Assembly: GCA_944320495.1 (NCBI GenBank)
Contig: CALUHR010000005.1
Location: 96,001-160,000, forward strand
DNA length: 64,000 nucleotides
Source of the DNA: Candidatus Methanomethylophilaceae archaeon
GTDB taxonomy: Archaea; Thermoplasmatota; Thermoplasmata; Methanomassiliicoccales; Methanomethylophilaceae
Direction: 5' to 3'
The position numbers and the translations under genes are program-made. Shown in pieces: positions 62,625 through 64,000 of this stretch. Below the pieces are notes generated by a model. It made no database searches. It saw nothing but the letters and a program-made list of their open reading frames with translations, and had not been told where the DNA came from. Numbering within the stretch: the first letter of the stretch is position 1; each line of letters starts with the position of its first letter.

Positions 62625-62962
62625 TGGCCGTGGAGATGTCCGACGACGAGTCCAGGATCATCTTCAGGATCGACTTTGGCGAGCACATCGTCGTCGACCT
62701 TGTGGACGCCCCCGCATTGAGGGACATCTACGCAGACGAGCCCGAACCTACGAGGGGGATGCCCGAGTGCGGACCCGAGAAGGAGGAGTATGACGGAGAT
62801 GCCCCTCCATCGGAGGAGGATGAGGACGAGGGATCCCGCAGAGGCATCCTCGGGGCCGTGGGATCGCTCACCCAGAGACGCGGTGTGAAGAGGGAGAGGA
62901 AAGACCTCCGGCGCAAGGCCAGGGGCGGCATGCCCCCGAAGTCCAAGCTGGGGCTCCGCTGA
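62369..62962 (+). CDS. Hypothetical protein, acidic then basic tail
   Basis: SD GGAGGTG upstream of ATG 62369; last gene before a hairpin. Confidence 0.7.
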   Translation: MALSWMAARIFDHTFHSGDFSGWGQWRRMDDGSYVNTLMLSANGRRNRYTALARTRDPASGEFVYMLCVDQVDERMQHLCNKFGIMAVEMSDDESRIIFRIDFGEHIVVDLVDAPALRDIYADEPEPTRGMPECGPEKEEYDGDAPPSEEDEDEGSRRGILGAVGSLTQRRGVKRERKDLRRKARGGMPPKSKLGLR

Positions 62963-62970
62963 GAACCATT

Positions 62971-62995
62971 GCCCCCTCCGATGGATGGAGGGGGC
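62971..62995 (+). terminator. Hairpin ending the long element operon
   Basis: GCCCCCTCC-GATGGAT-GGAGGGGGC. Confidence 0.55.
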
Positions 62996-63006
62996 GGCAA
63001 ACCACA

Positions 63007-63504
63007 GTGATGACGATGAGAAATCTCCTTTCCGGCACGGCATCTTGGGTGTGGAGGACTCGCACCCGCATATTGGAATGGAACGAACGGTGTAGGATCC
63101 TCGGGGACGACGCGAAGTTCGACGGGGACGGCACACGGCTTTTGTGCGTCCTGTTCTCTTGTGCGATGACGCTGGAACTGGCATTGACCCCGTTCTTTTG
63201 CGAGAAATCGCCCCTCTTGGCGATCCCGGGGATGGCCATAGGCTTCCTGGCCCTGCTGTTATTCGTCGCCGCATACGTCTTGATAACCCGCGAGAGGCCA
63301 CATCCGGCCCCAGATACCTTCAGGTACGGTGCCTGGTTGGTTGGCATCGGGTCCGTCTTAGCACTCGCCGAGCTCTTGGTCCAGACCCTGATGACCTCCG
63401 CCGGAATGGGCGTCTCCGGTGCGTTGCCGTTCCTGTTCGTCCTCTTTTTCAGAGAGGACTTCGGACCCGCCTACCGCTCGTCAGAGACTCCCCGTGGGCC
63501 CTGA
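63007..63504 (+). CDS. 4-TM membrane protein
   Basis: Four hydrophobic segments; codon usage differs from the upstream operon. Confidence 0.6.
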   Translation: MMTMRNLLSGTASWVWRTRTRILEWNERCRILGDDAKFDGDGTRLLCVLFSCAMTLELALTPFFCEKSPLLAIPGMAIGFLALLLFVAAYVLITRERPHPAPDTFRYGAWLVGIGSVLALAELLVQTLMTSAGMGVSGALPFLFVLFFREDFGPAYRSSETPRGP

Positions 63505-63638
63505 TGCAACTAATCACCGCTGGGGGGGGGGATTGTAGACATCATCGGAATTGTTCGTCGCAATGCCACACCCACGTTCACACATCGGCGAATCCAGGGA
63601 TCAGATTCTAATGGACCTATGTGTTTCTGGCCTTGGCC

Positions 63639-64000
63639 ATGTCAAACTCAACCCTTTCCGCGGCGAAGGTTGCCAAGAACGATGAGTTCTACACCCAGTA
63701 TTCCGACATCGAGTCTGAGATGAATGCCTATGTGGAATTCAATCCGGATGTGTTCCGTGACAAGACCATCCTTCTGCCATGCGATGATCCGGAGTGGTCG
63801 AATTTCACCAAATATTTCGCCTCGAACTTCGAGCGTTTCGGACTGAAGAAGCTTATTTCCACATCATTCGCCAAAGGTGCGTTCAACAAACAGACCACCT
63901 TACTGGAGTTCAATTCCCCTCTTTACGATAAGGATAAGCACGATTCACATGGCAAGCTGTTCATCGTGGACAGGGATTCCAACGGTTCTGGGAACGTAGA
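63639..64000 (+). CDS. EcoRI-family adenine-specific DNA methyltransferase (partial, runs off the window)
   Basis: MSNSTLSAAKVAKNDEFYTQYSDIESE...DKTILLPCDDPEWSNFTKYF...FGLKKLISTS; AT-richer. Confidence 0.9.
   Translation, partial: MSNSTLSAAKVAKNDEFYTQYSDIESEMNAYVEFNPDVFRDKTILLPCDDPEWSNFTKYFASNFERFGLKKLISTSFAKGAFNKQTTLLEFNSPLYDKDKHDSHGKLFIVDRDSNGSGNV

Larger units (their letters stand above)
38096..64000 (+). mobile_element. Integrated provirus or virus-like element (early/replication region), right end outside the window
   Basis: Begins right after a tRNA. About 55 small co-oriented ORFs with overlapping stop/start codons; PCNA, dUTPase, MTases, Lar-like proteins, serine recombinases; no host housekeeping genes. 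Confidence 0.88.

Noticed and set aside
38096-64000. Diversity-generating retroelement or retron behind the paralog diversity
   Set aside because: No reverse transcriptase and no TR/VR pair differing only at adenines was found in the window.

Overview
GC-rich archaeal DNA. Gene content (rpoE'/rpoE'', S24e/S27ae, deoxyhypusine synthase, MtaA, HypF, archaeal cobamide salvage, C-terminally anchored adhesin-like proteins) points to a Methanomassiliicoccales methanogen (inference). Bases 1-38,095 are host chromosome: two giant surface proteins, a Panacea-type toxin-antitoxin candidate, SufCB, an Fe/cobalamin ABC transporter, panD, rnhA, ppa, hypF, a cob cluster, an r-protein/RNAP operon, dys, mtaA and three tRNAs (Asp-GTC, Arg-CCG, Leu-GAG). 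From the 3' end of tRNA-Leu to the window edge lies a >25 kb integrated virus-like element of about 55 tightly coupled + strand ORFs. It encodes two serine recombinases, PCNA, dUTPase, Lar-like and DUF2829-like proteins, a split intein-containing C5 DNA methyltransferase, a cryptic beta-class MTase fragment behind a G9 tract and an EcoRI-family MTase. No capsid, terminase or integrase gene is visible in the window. The most striking unannotated signal is at 16,986-17,699: two inverted copies of a ~225-nt covarying RNA-structure module. Each has a 5' leader hairpin, an SD with a 3' anti-SD, a ~29-aa beta-rich mini-ORF lacking an ATG, a UUCG hairpin and a convergent TATA-like box. This is the architecture of type I toxin-antitoxin loci, here in an archaeon. 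All calls were made by eye; many start positions are my re-assignments of the ORF track.
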